NCBI GenBank assembly: GCA_010093995.1
Contig: ML992501.1
Location: 3,182,489-3,246,488, forward strand
Reading direction: 5' to 3'
Origin: Elsinoe ampelina
Lineage: Eukaryota
DNA length: 64,000 nucleotides
Part shown: piece by piece, positions 1-11,531 of the stretch
Layout: each line of letters begins with the position of its first letter
Numbering within the stretch: position 1 is the first letter of the stretch
Notes under the pieces: model-generated
Databases searched by the model: none
The model's input: the letters and a program-made list of their open reading frames with translations, nothing else
What the model was told of the DNA's origin: nothing
Program-made: the position numbers and the translations under genes

Positions 1-1991
1 TCGGCGGCTGATGTATGAGAGACTTGCCGGGAGCACTAGATCCGACGAGCTCCATGTGATCGGACAGCTTGTTTGCGGCATCATCGTATCCCACTTCCTC
101 AACCTCATAGACCTCGTCACCAAACACCATGCTGAAGCGCATGAGGCTTTGTCCCGTGTCGATTCGCAGCTTGTATGATGCACTCATGAATTCTGCCTCA
201 TGTATGTCCTTATCCTGCTTCCAGTGATCATCTGGCAAGTTGTCTGTTCCGGTCCTAATGTCGCATGCGACCTTGACGTGCTCGTTGAGAAAGTCTGGTG
301 GTTCGCCATCACCATCGAACCTATACAATATATCGCCGATGGACTCTGGCTTTCCGTCTGAAAGGTAGGTATCTTGCCAGAGATCGATTTCGTGCACTTG
401 ACCAGACTTGATAACGTCACCCTTCTTGATGGGCCATGTCATGCGATATCGTTCGCGGGTGCAATTGCTGAACTTGTCGTAGTAACTATTGGGCGATCCT
501 TCGGCCACCTTTGGATCACTGGCGAAACCATAGGAGAATCTTGACCTGCGAGAGGTGATCAAGGTGTCGTTACGCAAGGCATGATAGACAGCACCACGCG
601 CGATGGAGTTCCATGCGGAATGGGCGGGCCTAGTAATCTCGATATTTCGCCGCTTTCCGTCAAAGTGTCTCTTGATGCGCTCATATAGGTACGCAGACTG
701 GCCAAAGCCACCGATCAAGAGTAAACGGTCGATTTCGATGCCCTTGACCTCAACCGTCATCAGTTGTTCCTCGATAAGCTGGATGATCGGCTGTACAGCA
801 CACTCGAAGATGTGGGTCAACGTAGTGGTGTCTAGATCTATGCGGTCCCCGACGATACCAAATTCGCTCAAGTCGTCCTTGGAAGTAAAGCAGATGGAGA
901 ACTGCTTGTGTTTTGTGTGCTTGGTGTATGGGTTGAACAATCTCTTCGGACGACGATTGAATTCGACCAAGGCTTTAGGCCAGGCTTCAGGGGATGCTGC
1001 ACAGACTTCTTGGAATTTTTCGGTACTACCAAGCTTTTCTGTGATGAATGTCCGTAGGGCCATGTCCAGTGTTACGCCGCCGACTGTACCACCAGTCCCG
1101 GGAGCAACCTCTTCAAGCACAATAGGAGATGTTGCCACAACCTTGTATATGATTAGGTCGGCGGTACCGCCTCCAATGTCGCAGACAAGTACGTAATCGC
1201 CAACTTTGATAGTAGCACCAACAGTAGACTCTAACACACATACTGCAGCTGCCTCTGGTTCGGACAAGAGTGTGACATCAAGTCCGTACCCTGCTTTGAT
1301 AGCTGCGGTGCGTGTGTTCTGCTTTCCGGCTTCAGACCATACTGCCGGGTGGGTCAAAGTCCAGCATATCTCTGTGGTTTCCATGAACGATGGGCCGAGG
1401 TGCTCTATTAGCCAGTCTTCTGTTGCTTCGCGGACGAGTTTCAGCTGATCTGCAACAACATCGATTGGGCTTTTGCCCGTCGCCTCTCGAAGATTTCGCT
1501 GTTCTTCGAGCTCTGTGAATTCTCCAGGGAAAACTTTTTCGGGATCCAGGGAAAGCTTGGTATAACGAAAGATCTTCTCATCGTGCTTCTCTGGATCCGG
1601 CCATTGAGGGTTGCCAGCTTCATCATACACGAGCTCTGAGGGAGTCTTCTGCGCATTCTCTATGGGCCATCTACATTGGTCAGTTTTGATTAGCCATGAT
1701 ATTCGAGTTCACGAACTCTCGGAAGTTTTCGATGTCCTTCACACTCTTGAACGTGGGCTGGAATGCCCAGGCGACGCTACGACGAATGAGTATGATGAGT
1801 GCAATTTCAGAATAGGATTCATACCCGATGAAAGTTGTGCCGTAGTCAACTGTAATGGGCATACGCGGTTTTGGCCTGGACGGGAATTCATGCAGTGCTA
1901 CTGACTCTGAGGCGGTTTTGGTTGCGTCAATCGTTAAGTCGACGTCGCAAACTGGGAGAGTCGACAGCGTCGATCTACGGGTGGACACCAT
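1..1991 (-). CDS. HSPA12-like atypical Hsp70-fold ATPase, copy 1 (3' end runs off the window)
   Basis: Manual minus-strand translation: ATG 1991, ITVDYGTTFIG / intron 1777-1824 / VAWAFQ..FR / intron 1671-1716 / EWP..KTPSELVY, RYTKLSLD, LTHPAVWSE, SEPEAAA, VCDIGGGTADL, LIGGFGQSAYL, SIARGAV. The frame stays open to position 1, which is why the ORF track omits it. Confidence 0.9.
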
Positions 1992-2261
1992 GTTGTAGTG
2001 ATAGCGTAAAATTGAGCTGTAGTATTGCGTGGATCTCAATAGTGCCTCGGTAGTTCTGTATACCAGGGCGAAGTCAATCTAATTGGCAGACCGAAAAACT
2101 TGATTCGGAGGCCCAAGAATCTTCCATGAGATTCCATTGACACTGAAACGCTAGAGCTCTGATCGCAATTTCAGTCTTGACATGTGACAGTCGCGTGAGA
2201 TCGGACTCAAGACAAAGCCTCCTTCACGTCCTCCATCCGCTCACTACATCATCTTGCAAAA

Positions 2262-3405
2262 ATGGAAGCAATGAGCTCAGATTTGCTCTTCAATGACATG
2301 GCGCAACAGATTTCGAAGCAAGCGCTTCAGATTGAGGAACTCAAGTACCGGATCTCGATGTTGAGCTCGACTTCCGATGCTGTACCAGACGCATGTCTGC
2401 GCGAAGAGCTAGACGAGCTTTTCTGTGAGGTTCTGGACGCAGTCAGAAGGATGTTGCGGTCTCCAAAGACCGGTAAGTGATGAGATGAGCGTACCTGGTA
2501 AATTCTAACGATTGATGAGGTAACTTGAAGCAATTTTCTTTCCACAAAAATGACGAAAGTTCGAGACTCCAAGATATGATGCCGCTATGCGGCGATGCAT
2601 CAGATGTCCAGTACCAGGTGCTGAGCTTGGTGTGTCTAATCGGTATTGAGATCGAACAGCACCACAAGACGTGGAATTACTTTGGGGTCAATCAGCGGGA
2701 GTGGGCAAAAGTTGGCATCGAGGATCCAAAGCCCTCATGCAGCTTCGCACATGTGGAGTATAAGTTGGGGACACGTGAGTGTCGGACATGCTGGCCACAA
2801 GTAGCATTCGCTGACCTTGAGGGAAGGCACTACCATAGACTCAGACACGCACCATTCATTTCTTCTGATGAGAAAGCGAATCGCGGTTGTCAGCAGTCGT
2901 GGACAGAAGTCTGAGAAGCCCGGAAATGTCGAGAAGGAGCTATTGGAGGACTCAGCCATATATCTACAGCTGAATCTGATGAGAAAGATCGAAAAAGCTA
3001 CCTCGATCGTCTTGACCTCCGCTATGCGAGCCGAGATCCTCGATATCGCAAGGTCAGTGGCGCGCTTCCTTGACCACATCCAGTTCCATCCAGCATTGTT
3101 CAATCTCAAGCTGCCGCCGAGGAATCCGACTGGTAAGACTCTCAGGAGGCTGTTTACGAAGAAGAAGCATGACAGTCTGAGTTATCATGATCCGGAGGTG
3201 GAGGGAGACATCTGCATTACTGGGCATGTCTTTCCAATGCTGGTCAAAGATCGTGACGAGGATTGGAAGAGGGTTCGTTGGCTCCCATGACGTTGCGCAG
3301 CTCTGACTGACTGTTGATCAGATCCCGACAGTCATCGTGGCAAAAGCCAAGGTCTTGACAACCGCGCCGAAGCTGATGGATAAAACCACAGGGGTGAAAA
3401 GATAA
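2262..3405 (+). CDS. Uncharacterised coiled-coil protein with VFPxL...KAKVL C-terminal domain, Hsp70 partner copy 1 (~331 aa)
   Basis: Introns 2473-2519, 2775-2826 and 3273-3321 (phases 1,1,0) join ORFs 2262, 2525 and 2817 with a last exon IPTVIVAKAKVLT...KR*. Spliced length is 996 nt and in frame. Homologous to the genes at 5981 and 10128. Confidence 0.8.
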
Positions 3406-3789
3406 GGCTCAGGCCACAGCGACTGGGCACGACCACGCAGGACAGAGGGTACAGCAGGCCTTTCGAGAACCGACGACGTGGATGATGTTTGAAAAGCTGA
3501 ATGGGGGGAACGAAAGTCGGCATGGATGACAAAGTCGAGAAGGATGTGGTTGACAAAGTTCGCACGCCAAGGCGCGTTGATGGGCACAAAGACCTCGGAT
3601 ATATAATCTTGAGAACAGCCAGGATTTCATAGTCACGGGATGTCATGTGTCATCACCATCAGGAACGATTCAAGAATTTAAATGCTTGGTTGCTATGGGA
3701 GGGACCGAGTTCAATGACTAAGAAGTATGGTTGTCATTGCCAGCGTGGTGCACTGTACACTTCTGGCTACGCCCACCGCTGCTGAAACG

Positions 3790-5690
3790 CTAGACAAAGT
3801 CGATCTTCGTCTCTCCATAGACAATGTTGTCCACGACAAACTCGAACTTCATGATCCCCATCTCCGGTGCGACCCTCAGATCATACGGCAGCTCATAGTG
3901 CTGCACCGGACCTGTCTCGGGCACTCGGTTGTAGGCGCTGGCGTGGATAGCTCCGCACCCCTTCTTGACCTTGACAATTCCCAGATACTGAACATTATCA
4001 TCAGTGACGAAGCAGGAAGGATCCTCAGAGTCGCAGATGTATAGCTTCTCATACATTCCTTGCGGTGAACGCTTCTGCTGCTCGAGCTCGCGCGGCAAGA
4101 ATAGGCGTTTGTACTGCTCCACCGCCCACTCACCGGCGACGAAGTCATCATTCTTCTTGATCAACCAGTAGATGTGCTTTTTGACCTTTACCAGGCCGTC
4201 GACATGATCAATGAAGGTCTCGGCCTTCTTGCCGTGGACCTCCTCGTCATAGACCGGCTCGTCAGGAACGCCGAAGCAGACGCGGGCTTTGCGGCTGATG
4301 ACTTTGCCCCCGCCAGAAACAGCTTGGAGGACGGCGCCTTGGACGATTGCTGACTGACCGTTGTCTGGTGAGATGATTTCAAGATTGTCTTCAGGCAATC
4401 CAGGATCTTGGAATCGTTGCTTCATCTTGCTCTGCAGGTATGGCGACTGACCGAATCCTCCAACGACGATGATCCCTCGGCAGCGCCGACCAGTCTGCTG
4501 TACTCTGTTGACCTGGCTACCGACAACAGAAATGCCGCGATCAAGGTATGGATCGAAGAGAGCTTGCAGATCGTCGCAGGAGAGATCCATTCGGCCGCTG
4601 CGCATATGTGCTGCAGTATCGTCCTCGAAAAGGTAGTTGAAAGGCACAGAGAAATTCTTAACGGTGGGGTCGCTGGAAAGTGCATCGAAGTTCTCCTTGA
4701 TGTTATTTTGGAAGTAATCGATGACATCCTTGAGGACCTGTGGATTCGCCTCGAGCCTTGCCATGCCCCTTGCACGAAGACGACGGTGCAAGAGGAGCTT
4801 AAACTCCTTGTCGACAAATTCCCCACCACAGAGGGCTCCTTCCCCGGAGACGACCTCGCCGAAGTATATCGTACCGTCTCCGTCTGTTTTCTTGATTTCG
4901 TATGTGATAACATCCGTCGTACCTCCGCCAGCGTCGCATACCACGAAGATGTCGCCGACCTGTAGTTGAAGAGACGCCTTGTTGCTGAGGGTAAAGATGG
5001 CAGCCGCTTCCGGCTCAGTGACGATCTTGACTGTTGGGCCCATGCCCGCCTTGCGTGCGGCGGCTGCGGTGGTCTCTTTAGCTTGATCCGACCAGATCGC
5101 GGGTACTGTAACGACCCACGTGATTTTGGGGTTGCGAGAAATCACGTTACCGTACTGGCGAGGGAGGAATTCTTTGACGACGATATCACGCAATTCGGTC
5201 AGATAGTCGATAGCAGCTTCTTGGGCGGTGACACCGGCTCTTTTGAACGAGGCTTCAATATCGGATCTGCTCAGCCCAGGTGGGAACTTGTTGCTTTTGT
5301 CCAGGCACATTTTGAAATGCTGGACGCTGTTCTCATGTGCGGAGACCTGGAAACCACACCTTTCAACGGCGCCATTCTTGTCGTAGATGAGTCGAACCGG
5401 AGCCTTGCAGACCCTTCGGATAGATCCAGGCCACCTGAAGATACGTCAGGTGGATCTATATTGCGTGTGGAGCGACGTACTTTGTGTTGATGTAAAAACG
5501 ATCCATGGTCTTCTCATCCGCCTCGTGGCAGACGCATAAGCTTGATTATGTCAATCCAAGCACGGAGGACCGAAATGCACTGGACTCACGCTGCGCCGGA
5601 ACTACCAAGATCCACCGCCACCGTGAAATGCTGTTGGGTCTCTGGTCTGCGTGCTTCCTGGCGCTCAGATCGCCGCTTCTTTGACGACAT
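3790..5690 (-). CDS. HSPA12-like atypical Hsp70-fold ATPase, copy 2 (~601 aa)
   Basis: ATG 5690, FTVAVDLGSSGAA / intron 5541-5589 / intron 5435-5480 / WPG..QHFKMCLD, then the 506-aa ORF with VTVPAIWS, TEPEAAA, CDAGGGTTDV and VVGGFGQSPYL. No EEVD tail. Confidence 0.92.
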
Positions 5691-5980
5691 GATCAACCAG
5701 CCGGGTTGTGTGTTGTGGCGATTTTTGATTTCGGATCTACAATATTCGATGGTGAGGTAGAAGTAGGGCGTTGTGGAGAGCCAAAGTCTCTTCCATGGAT
5801 GATACAGCGGAGGACGTGAATGTTATTTGTTGATACTACCGACCCAAACGGAGCTTTAACGCTAGCCACCTTGAGAAGCTCATCCAGTTTCTCGCATCAA
5901 GCATGCAGCAGCATTCACCCCTCGTATGATTATCGAATTTTTCTGACCTCGCATTTCACATCTGAGATTTTTTCATCAGC

Positions 5981-7453
5981 ATGGCACCAAGACCGAAGAA
6001 ACAGAAAAGCGTTAGCAGATTTTTCCCGAGCGTCGATACTACACAGAGAACTCATGATGGAGTTCAAAAGAGCCCGCATCCAGGTGCAATGTCCAGAGTC
6101 CAGCAGATGCTCCAGGACAAGAAACATCTAGAGGACATCTTGACACGACTGACCGCCGATATCAAGCAGCAACAGGTCGATGCTGGCACTCTGACTGATG
6201 AATTGGAGAACATGCTTCCAGAGATTCAGCAGGCGACCATTTACGCTCAGGGGGACGATGACCTGATCATTGTGAAAGCCGAGAGCGTTGAGGAGCCTGC
6301 GATGTCTGCCTTCGGAAGTGGTAGACCTGCGGAGGTAGAGGCTGACATGTCAGGAGCTGAGGCCGAGATTCAGCTCTTGAAAGATCTGAATGCTGCTCTA
6401 CGCCATGAGAAGAACGAGTTGCTTGGGTTGACCAACAACTATACTGAGGAGGACCTGGTCTCGAAGATGCTGCAACTGTTTCAGGCCATCGAGCAATGGG
6501 TCACCTACATGTTCGGCAAGTTCGAAAACGGTGTGATTGACATCTTGCAGGTCCTTCAATTTTTACTGACCGTTTTGCAGATATTGTTGTAAAACACCCT
6601 CGCCACAACTCGAAAGACTCCATGTTGTTCAACCACTTCCAAATCGTCATGCCGGGCCATCAGAAGATAGTCTCAAGGGACCAGCACATCGAGGCTCTCA
6701 AAAGTGTCGTTTGCACGACCATTGTGGAATGCCACTTCGATCGAGGAGCTCTCGGTAATACAACAGGCAAAGGCCTCAGCGGGACTGCCAGAGCAGCTCG
6801 CCGTCTAAAAGGTCAGCATGATGAGGTGGACACCACAGTTGGAGGCACATACTGATGACAACAGACTCCCGCAACAAGGGAAAGCTCAAACAATGGCTGC
6901 GAATCACGGAATCTCTAGAGAACGATATGGACGCTACGTTCCGTCTCCGCGTTAGAAGCGACATTGTAGAGTCCATGGCCTACAACCTGACTAGAACCTT
7001 GCACTCCATCACCAACATACCCGACATGAAGCCGTATGCTGAGAGCGTACGCAAGATCGCCAACATTGCCGTCGATGTTTCTCAGCTCCTGCACTTCACC
7101 CCCTGTACTTACCGTCTCGTCCCATTCTACCAATCCGCCGTGCAGCTGGATAATCCAGTCACCTTCAACGAGCATGTGCATGAAGACACCCTGTCATCAG
7201 CGAGTGCGGTGGCAAGTGGTGACCGCATCCTGGGCCTGGTATTCCCTGGTCTGGTCAGGCAATACGACGAGATCGGGCGAGAGGTGGGTTCATTTTCTCC
7301 GCTGCTGTGAGTCCAGCTGACATCCTACAGGTCAACGAAGTCATCCTCAAAGCCAAGGTTCTTACCACCGCGGCACGCCAGCCTGCCATGAACCTTGATG
7401 GTGAGAGCGAGGATGACGATGAGGTCGAAGGAACAGGAGGCGAGGTTGTCTGA
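5981..7453 (+). CDS. Uncharacterised coiled-coil protein, Hsp70 partner copy 2 (~440 aa)
   Basis: Introns 6531-6580, 6812-6864 and 7284-7330 (phases 1,1,0). Heptad-rich N-terminal half. C-terminus FNEHVHEDT..LGLVFPGLVRQYDE..VNEVILKAKVLT, followed by an acidic tail. Confidence 0.85.
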
Positions 7454-7861
7454 ACGGATCAAACGTGCGGCGGAAAGGTTATGGTTGTACAGGGCGAGAA
7501 ATAGCTGAGACTTGAATGGTTGTGTAAGTGTCCATAGTCGGCCCATAATCGACGCGTGCAATGATGTGATTGATGTTCGCCGGAATGAAGAAAGCTGAAT
7601 TCTTCTCATGATGACAGCGTGCGGCGCGAGAGCAGCTCCTGCGGCAATTGCCTCGGCAAATTGCGATGGAAAATGGATCTGCTCCGTGTCCAAAATGAGC
7701 AAACAAATGCGGCCCACCCGACTCGGCTCATCACGCAGTCCATCATCAAAGACATGAGCATACTTGTTATATTCTGTATAGACTGTATCTTGATCGTTTC
7801 TCCAGTCCCGATCCATCTATCTCTGCAGCTCCTAGACTGCTGCCTCACCAATACGCAATCT

Positions 7862-9783
7862 TCAGGAATCGTCGTCGGCCGTCGACTTGAACGTCTTCGT
7901 GATACTCGTCTGGTAGTCGCCCGCCTGACCCTGGAAAACTATCTCTGTCCCTCGGACGCTCAGCTTGAGGAAGTAGTACAGCACCTTCATCTTCTGCGAC
8001 AGCTTCTGGTCAGTCGGAATGTCCTCCCATACGCTCAGTGGCACCCCAACCATCTCCAATGTGCACAGCTCTTTGACCAATGGGCTTTTCGCTGATGCGG
8101 GCGGGTTGTTCTCGTAACTGATGTAAAGCTCCTCTTGAGGTGTACGACCGTCCTTCTTTACCTGGCTCGCTGTCTCGAACCTCTTGTACTCGACCAAGTC
8201 CTGGTAATCCTTGGACACGTTTCTGCCGCGCAGTATGTGCCAAAAGATCTGCTTGGGCATGCGATAGCATCCATCGACCTTATCCCACTTCCTTTTTGTT
8301 GCATCGTGGATGGACGGGTCGTACTCTGGCTCATATCCAATGCCGAGCGAATACCTGGGTACATGGCTGATGACGAATCCGTGGCCAGAAATGGCCTGCA
8401 GCACGGCGCCTTGTACAATGGCAGTCTGGCCCTGGGGAGGCTGAAGGACCTGCATCGGTGCAGTCGCCGGAATTGTGTCTTCGTCCTGCACAGAGTCTCG
8501 GCGTTGTGTAGAGGCTCGACTCATGACTGGAATGCCGAACGCCTCCTCCACTCTGTTGGCAAGGTAGGGGGACTGGCCGAATCCGCCAACGAGAACGATG
8601 TAATAGATCTTGATGCCAACTTTGGCTGCGCTTGCCACCTGATCCTGGACCAGGTATACTGCCTTGTCGACAGTTGGATCAAGGAGCTCCCAAATCTGTC
8701 GACCAGACATGATCATATCGCCGTCGACAATACCAGCGGCAGGACTATCGAACTTACTGTCGATGCGGACCGAGAAGCCTTTGTCGTAGTCAACTTCAGG
8801 ATTCTCGCCAAAGGTGCACATCTTTCCTTCGAACTCCTCGCTGGTCAGCTGCCACAGCCGTCCATGACCGGCCATTTGGTCGAACCGGGCACCACCGAGA
8901 CGGCTTCGGGTGTGACTTTTGAACCGTTCCATCACAAAAGCACCGCCCTCCATGGTCCCATCGCCTTCTACGACTTCGCTAAGGCTCAGGTCCTCTGCTC
9001 CATCGACGCTGTGGGTGATGGTATCGATCGTGCCACCACCAACATCGCACACCACAAAGGCCTCGTTGGGATCGGGGGAGATGGAACCAGCGCTTTCGAT
9101 CATGAAGATAGCGGCTGCTGCTGGCTCGCTGACAAGATCGATGTCGGTGCCCATGCCTGCCTGGAAGGCGGCTTGACGAGTATCATGCTTGGCTCGCTCT
9201 GACCAGATAGCAGGTACAGTGACTACCCATCTGATCTGAGCAATATCAATAAGATCTGGACCAATCCTTCGGGCCATTGTGCGCCCACCAAGAATCGCTT
9301 GGCTCATTTCTCGCAGGAAGTCCGCTACGATGTCGATAGGCGTTTTACGAAGACGGCGGAGGCGGCGAAGCATATCCGGACGACTGATCCCATGAGGCAG
9401 CTGTCGATCCCTTTCAAGTAAGAGCTTGAAGTATTCGTAGTAGTCTTGTTTCGGATCGACCAGTGCGCCCCATGCCTTAACTGTTCCGTCTGGATAGTAT
9501 GAGATCCTGGTTGGTATTTTCTCAACTTTCTGCTTTGCTCCTGGATATCTGATATCAATTGTCAGCTCTACTTGGGCACTGCCGTCAGGTAGATACCTAC
9601 TCGCGTATGGTGGTGACATTGCTTGGTGTTTTCTTGTCCCAACTACTGTGAACCGCAGCACTGCATAGGTCAGCTGCCCGAAAGGTCTGGCGATCCTAAT
9701 GCTTACCCTGATCTAGCATTCCCAAAGTCGATTCCTATGGTAAGCACGAGTGCTCCAGCACTTTGTCGCCCATGCTGTGCCAT
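7862..9783 (-). CDS. HSPA12-like atypical Hsp70-fold ATPase, copy 3 (~607 aa)
   Basis: ATG 9783, LTIGIDFGNARSG / intron 9661-9706 / intron 9549-9600 / EYPG..KIPTRISY, YFKLLL, VTVPAIWS, SEPAAAA, CDVGGGTIDT, LVGGFGQSPYL. Confidence 0.92.
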
Positions 9784-10127
9784 CGCTGGGATTTGAGGGC
9801 GTCTAGGATAGCTTGAAAGTGGGATGGGAAGCAAGCAACAGGTCAGAGGATGCGACTGCCCACGTATGTAGGCAAGTTGAGTGATGGTAATTCTCCATGC
9901 GAGGTGGGACGTTTGTGGTATTATGCAGATTCGCGTGACAGTAGAACACAAACGGAGCTCTAGCGCTAAACGCGTAGCGCCGAACACGCTAGCCGCATGT
10001 TTGCAATACTTCAAGGTTCCTGCCTTTTCCATAATCTTCCACGAAAGCTGTCAGAAACATCATCAAAATATACTCCTTTCAATTTGTCTCCTGTTCAGAC
10101 GAATAGATTCGTGCTCTCAAGGATATA

Positions 10128-11531
10128 ATGGCACCAAGTCGCTCATCCTCCAGGAGCACAGCATCTAGAAAGAACACCGATGCAGCATTATCAACATCAT
10201 CTCGCTCATCCACAATCAGCTCGAATGCCGGTCGTGCCATTGTCAAGAGAACCACTCAAACCAAAGCTTCCTCGCGCAAGTCCCAAGCTGTGCAGGCAAT
10301 CATGTCTGCCCTCAAGGCTGTGGAAGGGCTTGGTGATGATGACCAAGACGAGGTCTCGGATTCGGAAGCCGAAATGACTGGACCAAATATCATGCACCGA
10401 GACTGGACGATCAAGCCTTCTACCGCCGCGCAGACCAATGGAGTGATCATGGAGCTCCAACAGAGGCTTCAAGATATGGGGACCAACCTTCAGCTGGCAC
10501 AGGAAGAATGCACAGCCAGCAAGGAAAAGATCGATCAGTTGAGATATGACAACCACGTACTTCGTGGTGATCTTCACAGCCTCACAGCCTCCAATGACTA
10601 CCCTCGCGAGGAAGAGCTTACAGCCAAGATGCATAGTCTCTACCACAGGATTGATGACTGGGCTCGCGGTCTGTTCTCGCCCACAACTAAAGGTACACTC
10701 CGATTATGTTCCCCTTGACGGATTCGCTGACATTTCACAAGGTGTTATGATGACCAAAAACCACAGTTTCCTGTGGGTGCGGCGATGGCAGCCGAGTCTT
10801 CCGGCGGACGAAGACAAAGAGTATAGGAGGTTTGCCTTGATCAGTATGATTGGGATCGCCTTTGTCAACTACCAAATCTCCCATGCTGCGTTCGGTCGCG
10901 TTCATCACGATAAATGCGCTGCCATAGCCGCGCATTTCAAAGGTATGCTATGATAGTGAAGAAGTACCGACTTGCTGACCACTCTCAGACACCCCCAAAG
11001 TTGGGCCCTACAAGAAGATGATACTGGCCTTGGACACGATCCGCAGAGACGAAGACCCCAACTACCGTCAAGCGATTATCGACTCTGGCGTCACCAAGCT
11101 CAAGAACAGCTTCGTCAAAGTCCTTGACAGCATGACGACCCTGAACTCTGCGCAGCTACAAATGCAAGTGAAGGCTCTCAAGCGTATCGCAGTCTCCGCC
11201 ATCGAGATTTCCGAGATGCTTTATCTCAATCCGGTCACTTATCGCCTCCTGCCATTCCTTTACGAGATCAACGAATACGACGGATGTGAAGAGTACGATG
11301 ACAATCTGCATGAAGATGTTGGGCCGATTGGGCGCGCAATCCAGAAGGCTGATCCAGTCAACATGCTGGTCTTTCCTGGACTGATGAGAGACTATGACGA
11401 AAGGGGCCAGAAGGTACAAGTGGGCATTAATTGTCCAGCACCGCAGACTGATCACTTCTCAGGTGCCATACCACATCGACAACGTGTTATGCAAAGTGAA
11501 GGTCTTGACATCAGCCGTGGAGAAGGTTTGA
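10128..11531 (+). CDS. Uncharacterised coiled-coil protein, Hsp70 partner copy 3 (~419 aa)
   Basis: Introns 10693-10741, 10943-10988 and 11414-11462 (phases 1,1,0). Ser-rich N-terminus, then coiled coil. C-terminus YDDNLHEDV..MLVFPGLMRDYDE..NVLCKVKVLT. Confidence 0.85.

Noticed and set aside
100..135. Suspected frameshift near the 3' end of Hsp70 copy 1
   Set aside because: Careful re-reading gives ATG GTG TTT GGT GAC GAG (MVFGDE..). The frame is intact and simply runs off the window.
8135..9202. 355-aa plus-strand ORF (also 603-1196 and 4408-4965)
   Set aside because: Antisense shadows of the Hsp70 genes, with no recognisable motifs.
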